DNA from: Saprospiraceae bacterium
GTDB lineage: Bacteria; Bacteroidota; Bacteroidia; Chitinophagales; Saprospiraceae
NCBI GenBank assembly: GCA_031411275.1
Contig: JANOAU010000052.1
Coordinates: 18,524-82,523, forward strand
Length of the DNA stretch: 64,000 nucleotides
Direction: 5' to 3'
A program made the translations under genes and the position numbers. Shown in pieces: positions 38,360-47,678 of the stretch; positions within the stretch are counted from its first letter, which is position 1, and each line of letters begins with the position of its first letter. The notes below the pieces were generated by a model, which was not told where the DNA came from, made no database searches, and saw nothing but the letters and a program-made list of their open reading frames with translations.

Positions 38360-38401
38360 AGGAATTAGGAATTAGGAATTAGGAATTAGGAATTAGGAAT
38401 T
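38360..38401. repeat. (AGGAATT)x6 perfect heptanucleotide tandem repeat
   Basis: Read directly from the sequence. It starts 10 nt upstream of the start codon of the minus-strand thioredoxin-fold gene, so it lies in the 5' leader. Confidence 0.95.
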
Positions 38402-38466
38402 TTTTTCTTTCAATACTGAGGGGGTAACTTGGTGTAGAAAAATCACAAATTTGCTCATTTTCGCAA

Positions 38467-38474
38467 CAAAGTTA
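38467..38474 (-). promoter_or_regulatory. Candidate -7 box (TAACTTTG on the minus strand)
   Basis: The plus strand reads CAAAGTTA, 117 nt upstream of the ATG at 38350. The leader would contain the heptamer array and a TACTGAGGGG copy. Confidence 0.35.
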
Positions 38475-38643
38475 CGTGGAAATTTGTCAAGATGTTGAGT
38501 AATTAAATGTACCTTAACACTAAATGTTCAAATATAGTCAGATTATACTCCATTGAAAATAGTTTTCCTAAAAGTATGGCAGTAACAATTTCATTTTCAA
38601 CGCTTTAAATTATCCATTATCCACTAATTACAATTGTAAATCT

Positions 38644-39207
38644 GTGAAAAAAAAAGTCGTTGTCGCCATCGGCGGCTCAAGTGGCGCGATTTACGCCAAA
38701 ATATTACTCGATAAATTGTCACAACTCAAAAAACAGACTGAAGCAGTCGGTATCGTAATGAGTGACAACGCCCGCTACAATTGGCTGCATGAATTGGGCA
38801 GCGAAGGCTGGCACGCCTATGATTTCTCTTTTTATGGCAAAATGGACTTCATGGCACCCTTTGCAAGCGGCTCGGCGCGTTACGATACGATGATAATATG
38901 TCCCTGTTCGATGGGTCTTTTAGCGCGTATGGCAACGGGCATATCCAATGACCTGGTCACGCGGGCAGCCGATGTCATACTTAAGGAACGGCGCAGACTT
39001 ATCATTGTACCGCGTGAGACACCCCTCAGTATTATCCACATCAACAATATGAAAACGTTGACGGAAGCTGGTGCCATCATTTGCCCCGCCACACCCAGTT
39101 TTTACAGCCGTCCACAAACTTTAGAAGATATTGCGGCAACTGTTGTTGACCGTATTTTGGATTTGGCGGGGTTTGATTTAGAGAGCTATCGGTGGAATGA
39201 AATCTAA
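38644..39207 (+). CDS. ubiX: Flavin prenyltransferase UbiX
   Basis: GTG start. VVVAIGGSSGAIYA ... MIICPCSMGLLARMATGISNDLVTRAADVILKERRRLIIVPRETPL is the UbiX/Pad1 signature. Confidence 0.85.
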   Translation: MKKKVVVAIGGSSGAIYAKILLDKLSQLKKQTEAVGIVMSDNARYNWLHELGSEGWHAYDFSFYGKMDFMAPFASGSARYDTMIICPCSMGLLARMATGISNDLVTRAADVILKERRRLIIVPRETPLSIIHINNMKTLTEAGAIICPATPSFYSRPQTLEDIAATVVDRILDLAGFDLESYRWNEI

Positions 39208-39252
39208 AAGTTGACACTATCGAGTATGTACATTTTAATATTAGCTCAAAAA

Positions 39253-40335
39253 TTACTTGACAAAATAGCTAAAACCTAAAGAAAGTGAGGCATTTCCATT
39301 TATCTGTGTATTATGCACTTTTGTCCGTTCAAAAGAACCTTTGGCAATACCCGTAAGAGCCAAACTACGTGTTAAAAAATATTGTAAGCCAATACCTCTA
39401 TCAAAAGAAATGTTCGAATAAGCAATATTTGAATTGCTTTTTGACCAATAAACAGAAGCATTGATGAAGGGATAGGTATAAAAACGATTAGAAATGGGGA
39501 TATAATACCGAACAAAAGGATAAAAACCAAAGGAAGAATATGAATTTTCGTTGCCTGTTGTCAACCCAATACTGGTACGTAATTCACTGCCCACCATAAA
39601 GTGATTTGTCACCATTTTGCCACCTAATGCAGACATGCCAACGTATAAATTTTCTTGATTAAAATTGTAACCCATACTAAAACCACCATCAATTTGCCAT
39701 CTATTTTTGGTAATATACTGAGGGGGGGCATCTTGGTTTTTAGCGTCAAAAGACTTGTAAAAAGGACGCAATGAGGCAATAAAAGAGATACTTTTTTCAT
39801 TGCCATAGGATAAAATACCTTCAGCAACTAACTGGTCATTCAATACCTTATGTCCGCCGAATCCTGCTTTCCATGAAAAATTAATAGGATCATTTACCTT
39901 GACAAAATTGTTTCCAATTTGAAAAGTGCGATTGCTGAAAGTACCATTTATGCCTGCCTCAACAAACACAAAATGAGCGTATTTGCTGTTATTCGCTGTA
40001 TAATAACGCACATAAGGAATTAAACTATAACCGAAAGTATGATAAATGTTATCATAACTATTGGATACATTATCACTTTGGGATCTACTCCACTCGAAGC
40101 GACTGCTTAATGTACCCCCTAACAAAAACTTGTTCTTAAAATAGCCGTAAGTGGGCGTAAAACCTAAGGTATTTGAGAAATAAGATTCCGTTGCCAAGGG
40201 TTGTTTATACTTAGTGAAAGAAGTTTGAATAACACCAAATCCACCTAAGGTTTGTGTGCCGTTTGTTAATTGAGCAAAGCTATTTTTTGAAAATAAGCAA
40301 AGAAAAAACGTGAAGAAAATGTAAAATGGATGCAT
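39253..40335 (-). CDS. Hypothetical outer-membrane beta-barrel protein
   Basis: Signal peptide (FSKNSFAQ) and an alternating hydrophobic, Gly/Tyr/Ser/Asn-rich composition. I recognise no family. Confidence 0.35.
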   Translation of the reverse strand: MHPFYIFFTFFLCLFSKNSFAQLTNGTQTLGGFGVIQTSFTKYKQPLATESYFSNTLGFTPTYGYFKNKFLLGGTLSSRFEWSRSQSDNVSNSYDNIYHTFGYSLIPYVRYYTANNSKYAHFVFVEAGINGTFSNRTFQIGNNFVKVNDPINFSWKAGFGGHKVLNDQLVAEGILSYGNEKSISFIASLRPFYKSFDAKNQDAPPQYITKNRWQIDGGFSMGYNFNQENLYVGMSALGGKMVTNHFMVGSELRTSIGLTTGNENSYSSFGFYPFVRYYIPISNRFYTYPFINASVYWSKSNSNIAYSNISFDRGIGLQYFLTRSLALTGIAKGSFERTKVHNTQINGNASLSLGFSYFVK

Positions 40336-40475
40336 GAGGTTTGGATTTTAAGGTTTAAGAAAATATATTTGAACACACTTCTTACGCTCAAAAATAGCTT
40401 GTCGCTGCCACCTAATTTGAATTTTATGGTTTAATTAACCAAAACCGTCATAACTTTCGGAGAAAAATACGCATT

Positions 40476-40907
40476 ATGAAAAAATTAACAATTTTACTTT
40501 TCTTCTTTTTGCTTTTAACACATTTAAAAGCCCAGTCAAACAAGGACGCAGATGCTATTATGCAAGTCCTCAATACCCAAACTTCTGCATGGAATCAAGG
40601 CAATATTGACCAATTTATGGTCGGTTATTGGCATTCAGATTCCTTAATGTTTATCGGCAAATCGGGCATGAATCAAGGTTATCAAACGACTTTGGACAAT
40701 TATAAAAAAGGTTATCCAGATCGTGCGGCGATGGGGACACTGAAATTTGACATCTTGAAAATCAAACCTTTGGGCAAAAAACACTGTTTTGTCGTCGGTA
40801 AATGGCATTTGACACGCCCTGAAAAAGGCGATGTCGGTGGTCATTTTTCCTTGGTTTTTGAAAAAATCAAAGGAAAATGGATGATTATTGCAGACCATTC
40901 GTCTTAA
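40476..40907 (+). CDS. SnoaL-like / DUF4440 (NTF2-fold) protein, secreted
   Basis: Signal peptide. AWNQGNIDQFMVGYWHSD ... GHFSLVFEKIKGKWMIIADHSS is the typical DUF4440 layout. Confidence 0.6.
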   Translation: MKKLTILLFFFLLLTHLKAQSNKDADAIMQVLNTQTSAWNQGNIDQFMVGYWHSDSLMFIGKSGMNQGYQTTLDNYKKGYPDRAAMGTLKFDILKIKPLGKKHCFVVGKWHLTRPEKGDVGGHFSLVFEKIKGKWMIIADHSS

Positions 40908-41065
40908 GTGTTATTCTAAATAAGGGGGAGGCTTAAGTATAAATATCAAAGACATTCATAACATAAGTCAGTAGGCAATAATCATTGACGATAAATATAT
41001 GAACGTTTAATCCAAGCGGGCGTTAGGTCATGGAAATATACTTATTGTATAACATGACTAACCCC

Positions 41066-42097
41066 TCAGTATTTCAGCTCATTCGCCTGTTTAATAAGCA
41101 GTTCAGCCGTCAATGAAATGTCAAAATGAGTGACTTCTAAAATATGTTTTTTAGGAGTGGAATGTACCTCAAACCCAAAGTTATAGGCTTTATCATAATA
41201 TTTAAGACCCATGGCAGCGGCTTCGGCAAATTGCCCTTTTTGGACGCATTCAATAGCGTTTTTGGCATGGTCGTACCCTAATTTTTTCTTTATTTTTTCA
41301 AATGAAGCCACCAAATCGGCTTGTGAGCTTTGGGTATAACCTTCCACTAAATGATTGACACGCACTTCAAACGGTACTTCAAGATGAATGAGCGGTGCTT
41401 GTCTCATTTGATTCCAAAACCCTTGTTGAATAAATACGCCGCCAATACTTCTGCTTTCATTTTCAATCCAAACCCTTTTGTGAGGATTTATTTTTCGAAA
41501 AATATCAAATAAGTTATTATCAAATTGTTCTGAACTGGGTTGCTTTTCTTCGCCAATCCAACCAAAAGCCGAGCCTTTATGATGGGCGAGGGCTTCTAAA
41601 TCAATGATTTGTTCACCTTTTTTTTCTAATTCTTTTAGAATTAAGGTTTTACCACTACCCGTTTTACCACCTAAAATAATGGGCTTAATGCCTTGATTTT
41701 CAAACTGTTGTAATACGTATTGCCGATAGGTTTTATATCCACCTTCAATTGTTAAGACATCAAAACCAGCAAATTTTAGTAACCAAGCCATCGAACCACT
41801 TCGTTTGCCACCTCGCCAACAATGAATAATGACTTTGCGAGAAGGAGACCATTTTATAGCTTTTTTGATAAATCCAGACATTTTAGGACCGACAAAATCC
41901 AGACCTTTTAACAGAGCATTTTCAGGGGAAACTTGTTTATAAATAGTACCAATCTTAACTCGTTCATCGTCATTAAAAAGGGGCAAACTTAAAGCATGAG
42001 GTATATGAGCATGAGCATATTCGGCGGGTGAACGTACGTCTATCAACACACGTTCGTCGAGAAAGTGACAAAGGTCTTCAGGCTTTATTTTTTCCAT
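41066..42097 (-). CDS. selU: tRNA 2-selenouridine synthase
   Basis: A rhodanese domain (IDVRSPAEYAHAHIPHALSLPLF ... IHCWRGGKRSGS) followed by the P-loop GGKTGSGKT. The start is set at Met30 (42097). The stop codon is the TGA inside a TACTGAGGGG copy. Confidence 0.8.
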   Translation of the reverse strand: MEKIKPEDLCHFLDERVLIDVRSPAEYAHAHIPHALSLPLFNDDERVKIGTIYKQVSPENALLKGLDFVGPKMSGFIKKAIKWSPSRKVIIHCWRGGKRSGSMAWLLKFAGFDVLTIEGGYKTYRQYVLQQFENQGIKPIILGGKTGSGKTLILKELEKKGEQIIDLEALAHHKGSAFGWIGEEKQPSSEQFDNNLFDIFRKINPHKRVWIENESRSIGGVFIQQGFWNQMRQAPLIHLEVPFEVRVNHLVEGYTQSSQADLVASFEKIKKKLGYDHAKNAIECVQKGQFAEAAAMGLKYYDKAYNFGFEVHSTPKKHILEVTHFDISLTAELLIKQANELKY

Positions 42098-42389
42098 TTT
42101 TTTTGTCAAAGGTAGCAACTTGACGGGCAAAATTGAGGGGTAGGCATAAAAAAAATGCCTTAGCGTAGGGGCTAAGGCATTCACGAAAACGAATTTTACA
42201 ATTCTTTAACCAAAACTTACAATTATACTATACCAATAACTATGCCAAAACATGTTTTAAGATGTTAATTTATCAATTAAAATTATGTATAAAATAATAG
42301 AAAGTATAATTAAGTTTTGTAAATAATTGATAGTCAATTATTTATGTGATTTTTTAAAATAATAATTTTTTATCAAAAAATTAATCGTT

Positions 42390-43220
42390 TTAATTTAAAA
42401 AAATTTTAGACTTGTAAGGTGGAATAATACTGCGCTCATTAGCCATATCAAACAGCGTTGTTACCGCCGCCCGACCTTCTTTTCCTAACCCCTCAGTAAA
42501 ATGATTGACGTACAAATCAATATGTTTTTGTCTAACGGTTTCATCCATTTCTTGCGCATGTTGCGCCACAAAATCGTGGCTCGCAATCGGGTGGGCAAAC
42601 GCATATTGAACACTGCGCCGCATCACCCTTTCCATTTTTTGTCGCACTGCCATAGGTAAATCCCGTCGAACAACGATACCTCCTAATGGAATTGGTTTGT
42701 TTGTCGTTTGTTCCCAAAATTCTCCTAAATCCACCAATTTGACCAAACCATGATTCTGGTATGTGAAACGGTTTTCATGGATAATGACTCCCGCCGCAAC
42801 ATCCCCCCTCAGTATAGCCCTTTCTATGTCATGGAAAACGTATTCTTGCTTATTTTGTGCTTCTGGATATGCCAAACTGAATAGAAAATTAGCCGTTGTA
42901 TATTTGCCTGGAATCGCTACAATGGATTGATTGATAATGCTTTCCACATCTTTCGATTTCGCAATAAGCAGCGGGCCCACGCCATTACCCAAGGCACTAC
43001 CCGACTCCAAAAGGGCATAAGTGTCAACGAGATACGCAAAGGCATGATAGCTCAACTTGGTCACATCCAATTCATGTCGCAAGGCACGATGATTGAGTGC
43101 CTCGACATCTTCCATGACAGGTTCAAAAGTTAAGCCCTCCGTATCAATCCGATTGTGAATCAACGCATCGAAGATAAAGGTGTCATTAGGACAAGGCGAA
43201 AAGCCAAGTGTAAGACGCAT
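42390..43220 (-). CDS. mqnD: 1,4-dihydroxy-6-naphthoate synthase (futalosine pathway)
   Basis: MRLTLGFSPCPNDTFIFDALIH ... LSYHAFAYL ... VAIPGKYTTANFLF are MqnD family motifs. Confidence 0.8.
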   Translation of the reverse strand: MRLTLGFSPCPNDTFIFDALIHNRIDTEGLTFEPVMEDVEALNHRALRHELDVTKLSYHAFAYLVDTYALLESGSALGNGVGPLLIAKSKDVESIINQSIVAIPGKYTTANFLFSLAYPEAQNKQEYVFHDIERAILRGDVAAGVIIHENRFTYQNHGLVKLVDLGEFWEQTTNKPIPLGGIVVRRDLPMAVRQKMERVMRRSVQYAFAHPIASHDFVAQHAQEMDETVRQKHIDLYVNHFTEGLGKEGRAAVTTLFDMANERSIIPPYKSKIFLN

Positions 43221-43237
43221 TTTGGTAATTAATTAAT

Positions 43238-43293
43238 GGTTATTGGGAAATTGGTTATTGGTTATTAGGAAATTAGTTAATGGGTTATTAAGT
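43238..43293. repeat. Heptamer-periodic simple sequence (GGTTATT family)
   Basis: GGTTATT GGGAAAT TGGTTAT TGGTTAT TAGGAAA TTAGTTA ATGGGTT ATTAAGT sits directly upstream of the mqnD start. A related block, GGTTATT GGCGAAT TAGTTAT GGCTAAT, lies at 43401-43428. Confidence 0.8.
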
Positions 43294-43686
43294 GTAAAAT
43301 ATTTAGTATTCGGGTGTTTGGAAATTCAGAAGCTATTGATTTTCAATGATTTCCAAAGCATTCAAAAAACCAAATACAATACACTAAATACTTAGTTAGC
43401 GGTTATTGGCGAATTAGTTATGGCTAATCCCCATTAACCCAAAAAAATAGTCCAACTAATTGATGGTCAATTAATTGGACTATGTATGAGCTGTGTAAAA
43501 GTAACAAATTGAAGATAAAAAAGATTTAAAAAGACTATTTTTTTTAAATATCTTAAATCTAAGCATCTTTTGTCTTTATACTTTATAAAATAAGAGAAAT
43601 TAAATAGACCATTTTGAATTATAAAGCCTTGTAAATCAATGCTTAAAAAAATCATTATTTAGCATTCCTCATTCTCTTAAAAAGTA

Positions 43687-43950
43687 TTATTGCGATTGCA
43701 ATTTGATGTCTGCCGCACCTGTACTTTTTGTAATGGCAAAATAAGAAGCGATACATAAAATCATCAAAGCAGCAACAAGATACCACGTGATTTTTTCTAT
43801 CGTTTCGGTTGAGCGCGCTGCACCAAACATTTGTTGTGCGCCTGAACCATAAGTTGTGTCAATACCACCACCTTTTGGGTTTTGAATCAATACCGCTAAC
43901 ATTAATAAAAGGGCTACAATAGCCGTCAAAACAGTCAATACACCTAACAT
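43687..43950 (-). CDS. secG: Preprotein translocase subunit SecG
   Basis: An 87-aa protein with two TM segments. LLMLAVLIQNPKGGGI is the SecG signature. Confidence 0.85.
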   Translation of the reverse strand: MLGVLTVLTAIVALLLMLAVLIQNPKGGGIDTTYGSGAQQMFGAARSTETIEKITWYLVAALMILCIASYFAITKSTGAADIKLQSQ

Positions 43951-43980
43951 TTTTATCTTTTTTTAATTATAAATAATACA

Positions 43981-44046
43981 AGTATGAAATATGAATGATG
44001 AAATATAAATGTCGTTTTTCATACTTCATCATTCATATTTCATACT
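43981..44046. terminator. Hairpin with 22-bp perfect arms built from heptamer repeats
   Basis: AGTATGAAATATGAATGATGAA (43981-44002) / TTCATCATTCATATTTCATACT (44025-44046). It overlaps the stop of the 508-aa ORF and lies upstream of secG. Confidence 0.7.
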
Positions 44047-45572
44047 TAAATACTGATTTTTTCAATTTTGGTTGCAAAGTAACTACTTTTTTCAGGAAAC
44101 TGCAAAATCAATTTGCGATACATTTCAGTTGCTTTCGATTTATTTCCTTGCCAAGCCAATAAATCGGCTAACGTTTCGGACACTAAGTCGTCATCTTCAA
44201 CCAAACTTTTAATGGCTAATTGGTGCATAGGACGATTTTTTTTCTTATTTTGAGAGTTGGATTCGTATTCTGAAAATACCTCATCTTCATCGTCGTCGTC
44301 ATCCTCAATAAAGTGAACAGGTGCTTTTTCATCAGGCATCCCAAATAGATTATCGGGGATATCACTATGGGTTTCAAATATTTCAACCATACTTTGCCGA
44401 CTGATTCTGCGTATTGTCTCATCAGCTGCCAAAGGTGTAATGGTTTGATTGTCAATAATTTCTGCTATATTTTCAACAGTTTTTGGAACAGATTTAGACA
44501 AAGGCGGAGGTGTCATACGGAACTGACTCAACCATTCTGTAAATGTCGGTTTTTTATCAAAGACAGATTTAGTCTCTTGTTTTTCAACAATTGGAGTGTG
44601 TGTTGGATTGATAATTTCAAGTTGTACGTCTGCTTTTTTCACTTCTTCTTCGCTTTCCTTTTCTAATGTTTTTAGGGGTGGTTCGGATTTCGGTAATTCG
44701 GTAATTAATTTTATTGTTGGCTCAATATTTTCTTCTGCTGCTGGGACTTCATCTATTATTTCAGCCTCATTTATCATTTCTGCTTCAACTATATTTTCTT
44801 CTTGCTCAATGTTTTCTGTTTTTTCTTCCACAAAATCAAGCAGAATGTCCTCAGATACTGAGGGGGTCGTATGAAGAAAATCGAGTGGCGCAACGTCTTC
44901 TGTTTTTTCGTCAACGTAGGCTTCAACATCTATCTCATTGGTTTGAGATTTAGGTATCACATCGACTGTTTCAAATCTCTCATTTTCCTCATTTTGCACA
45001 GGCTGTGACGCTATTTCTAAGGTAGGGTCGTTATATTCCGAAACCAGACTATTGATAAGTGAGTCAATTTCATCTTCATCTGTTCTTATATTTTTGGATT
45101 TTTTTTCCTTATTTTGAGGTAAATCGGACAAATCAAATGCTGTTTTTTCACTATCACCATTGAAGGCAATATCATCAATTTCAAGTTTCCAATCGGGGGC
45201 AAGGGAATCCAGTTTAGTGGCATTGTAGACCGCTTCGGTTACTTGTCTTTCTGCTAAAAGACGTTCAATATTGCTTAATTCCGTCAATTCTAAATACTCT
45301 TCTCCGAGAATAACATTTTGTGGCACAAACTTAAATGACTTTAATCTTTTAATTGTTTTATACAAATGTTTGCGATTGGTGGTATAAGTTGCAGACATTT
45401 GAAGGTTGCGATCATAGTCTTTATGTTTGTCTAAATAAGACTTTTTCAAAAGCAAAATACGCAAATTAGCAGAATATGGATATTGCATTACAAGGGTTTT
45501 TAACTCCTCGTAACTGACGGAGTACAGATAACTCTCGTCTTGCAAATATGCTGTTAATTGCTCGTTTGTCAT
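44046..45572 (-). CDS. Hypothetical protein with a long acidic low-complexity centre
   Basis: A long ORF with ordered N- and C-terminal ~100-aa regions and an E/D/I/T-rich middle. I recognise no family. Confidence 0.4.
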   Translation of the reverse strand: MTNEQLTAYLQDESYLYSVSYEELKTLVMQYPYSANLRILLLKKSYLDKHKDYDRNLQMSATYTTNRKHLYKTIKRLKSFKFVPQNVILGEEYLELTELSNIERLLAERQVTEAVYNATKLDSLAPDWKLEIDDIAFNGDSEKTAFDLSDLPQNKEKKSKNIRTDEDEIDSLINSLVSEYNDPTLEIASQPVQNEENERFETVDVIPKSQTNEIDVEAYVDEKTEDVAPLDFLHTTPSVSEDILLDFVEEKTENIEQEENIVEAEMINEAEIIDEVPAAEENIEPTIKLITELPKSEPPLKTLEKESEEEVKKADVQLEIINPTHTPIVEKQETKSVFDKKPTFTEWLSQFRMTPPPLSKSVPKTVENIAEIIDNQTITPLAADETIRRISRQSMVEIFETHSDIPDNLFGMPDEKAPVHFIEDDDDDEDEVFSEYESNSQNKKKNRPMHQLAIKSLVEDDDLVSETLADLLAWQGNKSKATEMYRKLILQFPEKSSYFATKIEKISI

Positions 45573-45777
45573 TTTTATCCAAAAATACTGTCCAAAGGAC
45601 TCCTTAGGAGAGGGGTATCTGTAATGTGTTTTTATGTAATTTTACCCCAATTATCGAAATTTCGGGTACAAAATAATACGTTTTTACTTATTTATCTGCT
45701 TTCAAGTCCTTAATTTGAAAAAATAACAGCTTTATTTTTAAACAATAAATATATTTTAAATCTATAAAAAGACTACA

Positions 45778-45812
45778 CATTCACTACCATTCACCATTCA
45801 TCATTACTCACC
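45778..45812. repeat. Heptamer-periodic block CATTCAC TACCATT CACCATT CATCATT ACTCACC
   Basis: Read directly from the sequence. It overlaps the stop codon of the LptE-like gene. Confidence 0.8.
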
Positions 45813-46341
45813 AGTTTTCAGTAAATGCTTTATTAAATATGTCTTCCAAAATTTTATCTGTAATTGTTTTTATCAATTGCTCTTGAACTGTCAAAAGTTG
45901 TGTGGTACCTGGAAAATCGGCTTGAAACGTAAAAACTTGTTTCCAAGACCCTTTTTCGTTTTGATTATCTGTCAACTCCACATTTATTGCTATTTTCAAC
46001 TGATTCGTTTGTGCCACTTGTCCAGGTTGAGGGGCAATTGCTACAACATCATAACCGACGACTTGCCCTGTAAAAGCCAAATTTGCATTGTCGTTATTCA
46101 CAAGGCTCAAACGTGTGTTGTTTCTGATTTTATCCTTTAGCCTTTCCGTAAAATTTTGCGCCAAAGTCGGCGGTGCGGCTTGTGCATTGCTGGTAAATAA
46201 ACTGACGCTAAAAGTTTTCGTTTCTGGCGAAATAGTCACACCCCGAAAGGAATAACAGCCCGTCAATGACAAGCAAAAACCGCTTAATAATAGGCAAAAA
46301 ACACTGTTTTTTATCAATTTCATGCTCTTGTTTTTCGACAA
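45808..46341 (-). CDS. LptE-like LPS-assembly lipoprotein
   Basis: A lipobox-like LSLTGCYSF, the ~170-aa size and a YSFRGVTISPETKTFSV start, as in Bacteroidota LptE-family lipoproteins. Confidence 0.55.
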   Translation of the reverse strand: MSKNKSMKLIKNSVFCLLLSGFCLSLTGCYSFRGVTISPETKTFSVSLFTSNAQAAPPTLAQNFTERLKDKIRNNTRLSLVNNDNANLAFTGQVVGYDVVAIAPQPGQVAQTNQLKIAINVELTDNQNEKGSWKQVFTFQADFPGTTQLLTVQEQLIKTITDKILEDIFNKAFTENW

Positions 46342-46404
46342 AACGAATAAAAAATAGAAATGTGGATGTCGGGCGGCAAATTTATTCTTTTTGCTCGGCT
46401 TATT

Positions 46405-47535
46405 TTATAAAAGCGACTGATAAAGTTTAATCCACTGTTCTGCAATGCCTTTATCGCTGAATTTTTTGACATATACCGACCCCCTCAGTATCATCTTGTT
46501 ACGCAGCGTTTCATCGTGCCAAACCTGATTAATTGCTGATGCAATTGCGTTAATATCATGCGGATTGATATAAATTGAATCAAGACCTCCTGCTTCTTCA
46601 AAACATGAATCAATGCTCGAAATTACAGGCGTTCCTGACCACAAAGCCTCAATAATAGGGATACCAAAGCCTTCAAAAAAAGAAGGTAAAACAAACACTC
46701 GCGCCACTTTGTAAATCGTTGGCAAATCCGTAAAATCTATTTTAGGAATAAAAACAACCCGTTTTTGCAATTCATTTTCAGCCACATATTTTTTTACTTT
46801 TTTAAAATAGGTACTACCATCTCCAATAACAACCAAATTTATATCTTGTTGATTGTCAAGGATTTTCAAGGCTTTGACTAAACTTAATAGATTTTTACGC
46901 TCGTTGACTGTGCCGACATAAAGCATAAATTGTGTTGGTAAATTGTATTTTTTTACAATTTCCTCTAAATTACTGAGGGGTCTGTTTTTATAAAAAATGG
47001 GGTCGCAAGACTGGTAAATGACTTGAATTTTTGAAGGGTCGATGTGGTAAAAATCAATAATATCCCGTTTGGTTTGCTCGCTGATAGCGACGACAATATC
47101 CGCTTGTTGACAGGCTTTTTTGAACTTAAAAGAGTAAATTTTTCTATCAATTAATGGATAAAAAGACGGATAACGCTCGTGAATGAGGTCATGAATGGTC
47201 ACCACAGAGCGTACATTTTTAGGCATACTGAGGGGTAGTTCATGCGACAAACCGTGAAATATGGAGACTTCCGATTTTTTTATATCTTTATTAATGGTGT
47301 ATGAACGCCACAAAGCGGGTAGTTTTTTGCCTAAACTGCCAGTCGGCAAATGAATGGAAACTGAGGGGTGTGCTGTCACCTTAGTTACACGCGGAATATC
47401 GTTCAATTTAGGCGTAAAAAGGTGGTATTCATTTTCAGGGAAATGAGTCGTTAAAGTCTCAATGAGGGTGCGGCTGTAATTGCCTAAACCTGTAAAATTT
47501 TGGAATGCGCGTTTGGCATCGTATCCTATTTTCAT
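46405..47535 (-). CDS. Family 4 (GT-B) glycosyltransferase
   Basis: LPSFFEGFGIPIIEALWSGTPVISS is the E-x7-E region. N-terminal KIGYDAKRAF is typical of GT4. Confidence 0.8.
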   Translation of the reverse strand: MKIGYDAKRAFQNFTGLGNYSRTLIETLTTHFPENEYHLFTPKLNDIPRVTKVTAHPSVSIHLPTGSLGKKLPALWRSYTINKDIKKSEVSIFHGLSHELPLSMPKNVRSVVTIHDLIHERYPSFYPLIDRKIYSFKFKKACQQADIVVAISEQTKRDIIDFYHIDPSKIQVIYQSCDPIFYKNRPLSNLEEIVKKYNLPTQFMLYVGTVNERKNLLSLVKALKILDNQQDINLVVIGDGSTYFKKVKKYVAENELQKRVVFIPKIDFTDLPTIYKVARVFVLPSFFEGFGIPIIEALWSGTPVISSIDSCFEEAGGLDSIYINPHDINAIASAINQVWHDETLRNKMILRGSVYVKKFSDKGIAEQWIKLYQSLL

Positions 47536-47678
47536 AGGGCGAAATTAGGAAAAAACACCTTTCTGTATCTTTTAAACGTGCGGAAAGTTTGTTTGCTGGT
47601 GGATTAATCCATTTTGCAAACTGTTTTATCTAAAAAAGAAGTTCATTCGTCATGCTCATTGCGTTATTTGCGTATTAG

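Noticed and set aside
43467-43655. 62-aa ORF in the mqnD-secG spacer
   Set aside because: Its composition is that of AT-rich spacer DNA (FIIQNGLFNFSYFIKYK), with no recognisable motif and no plausible start context.
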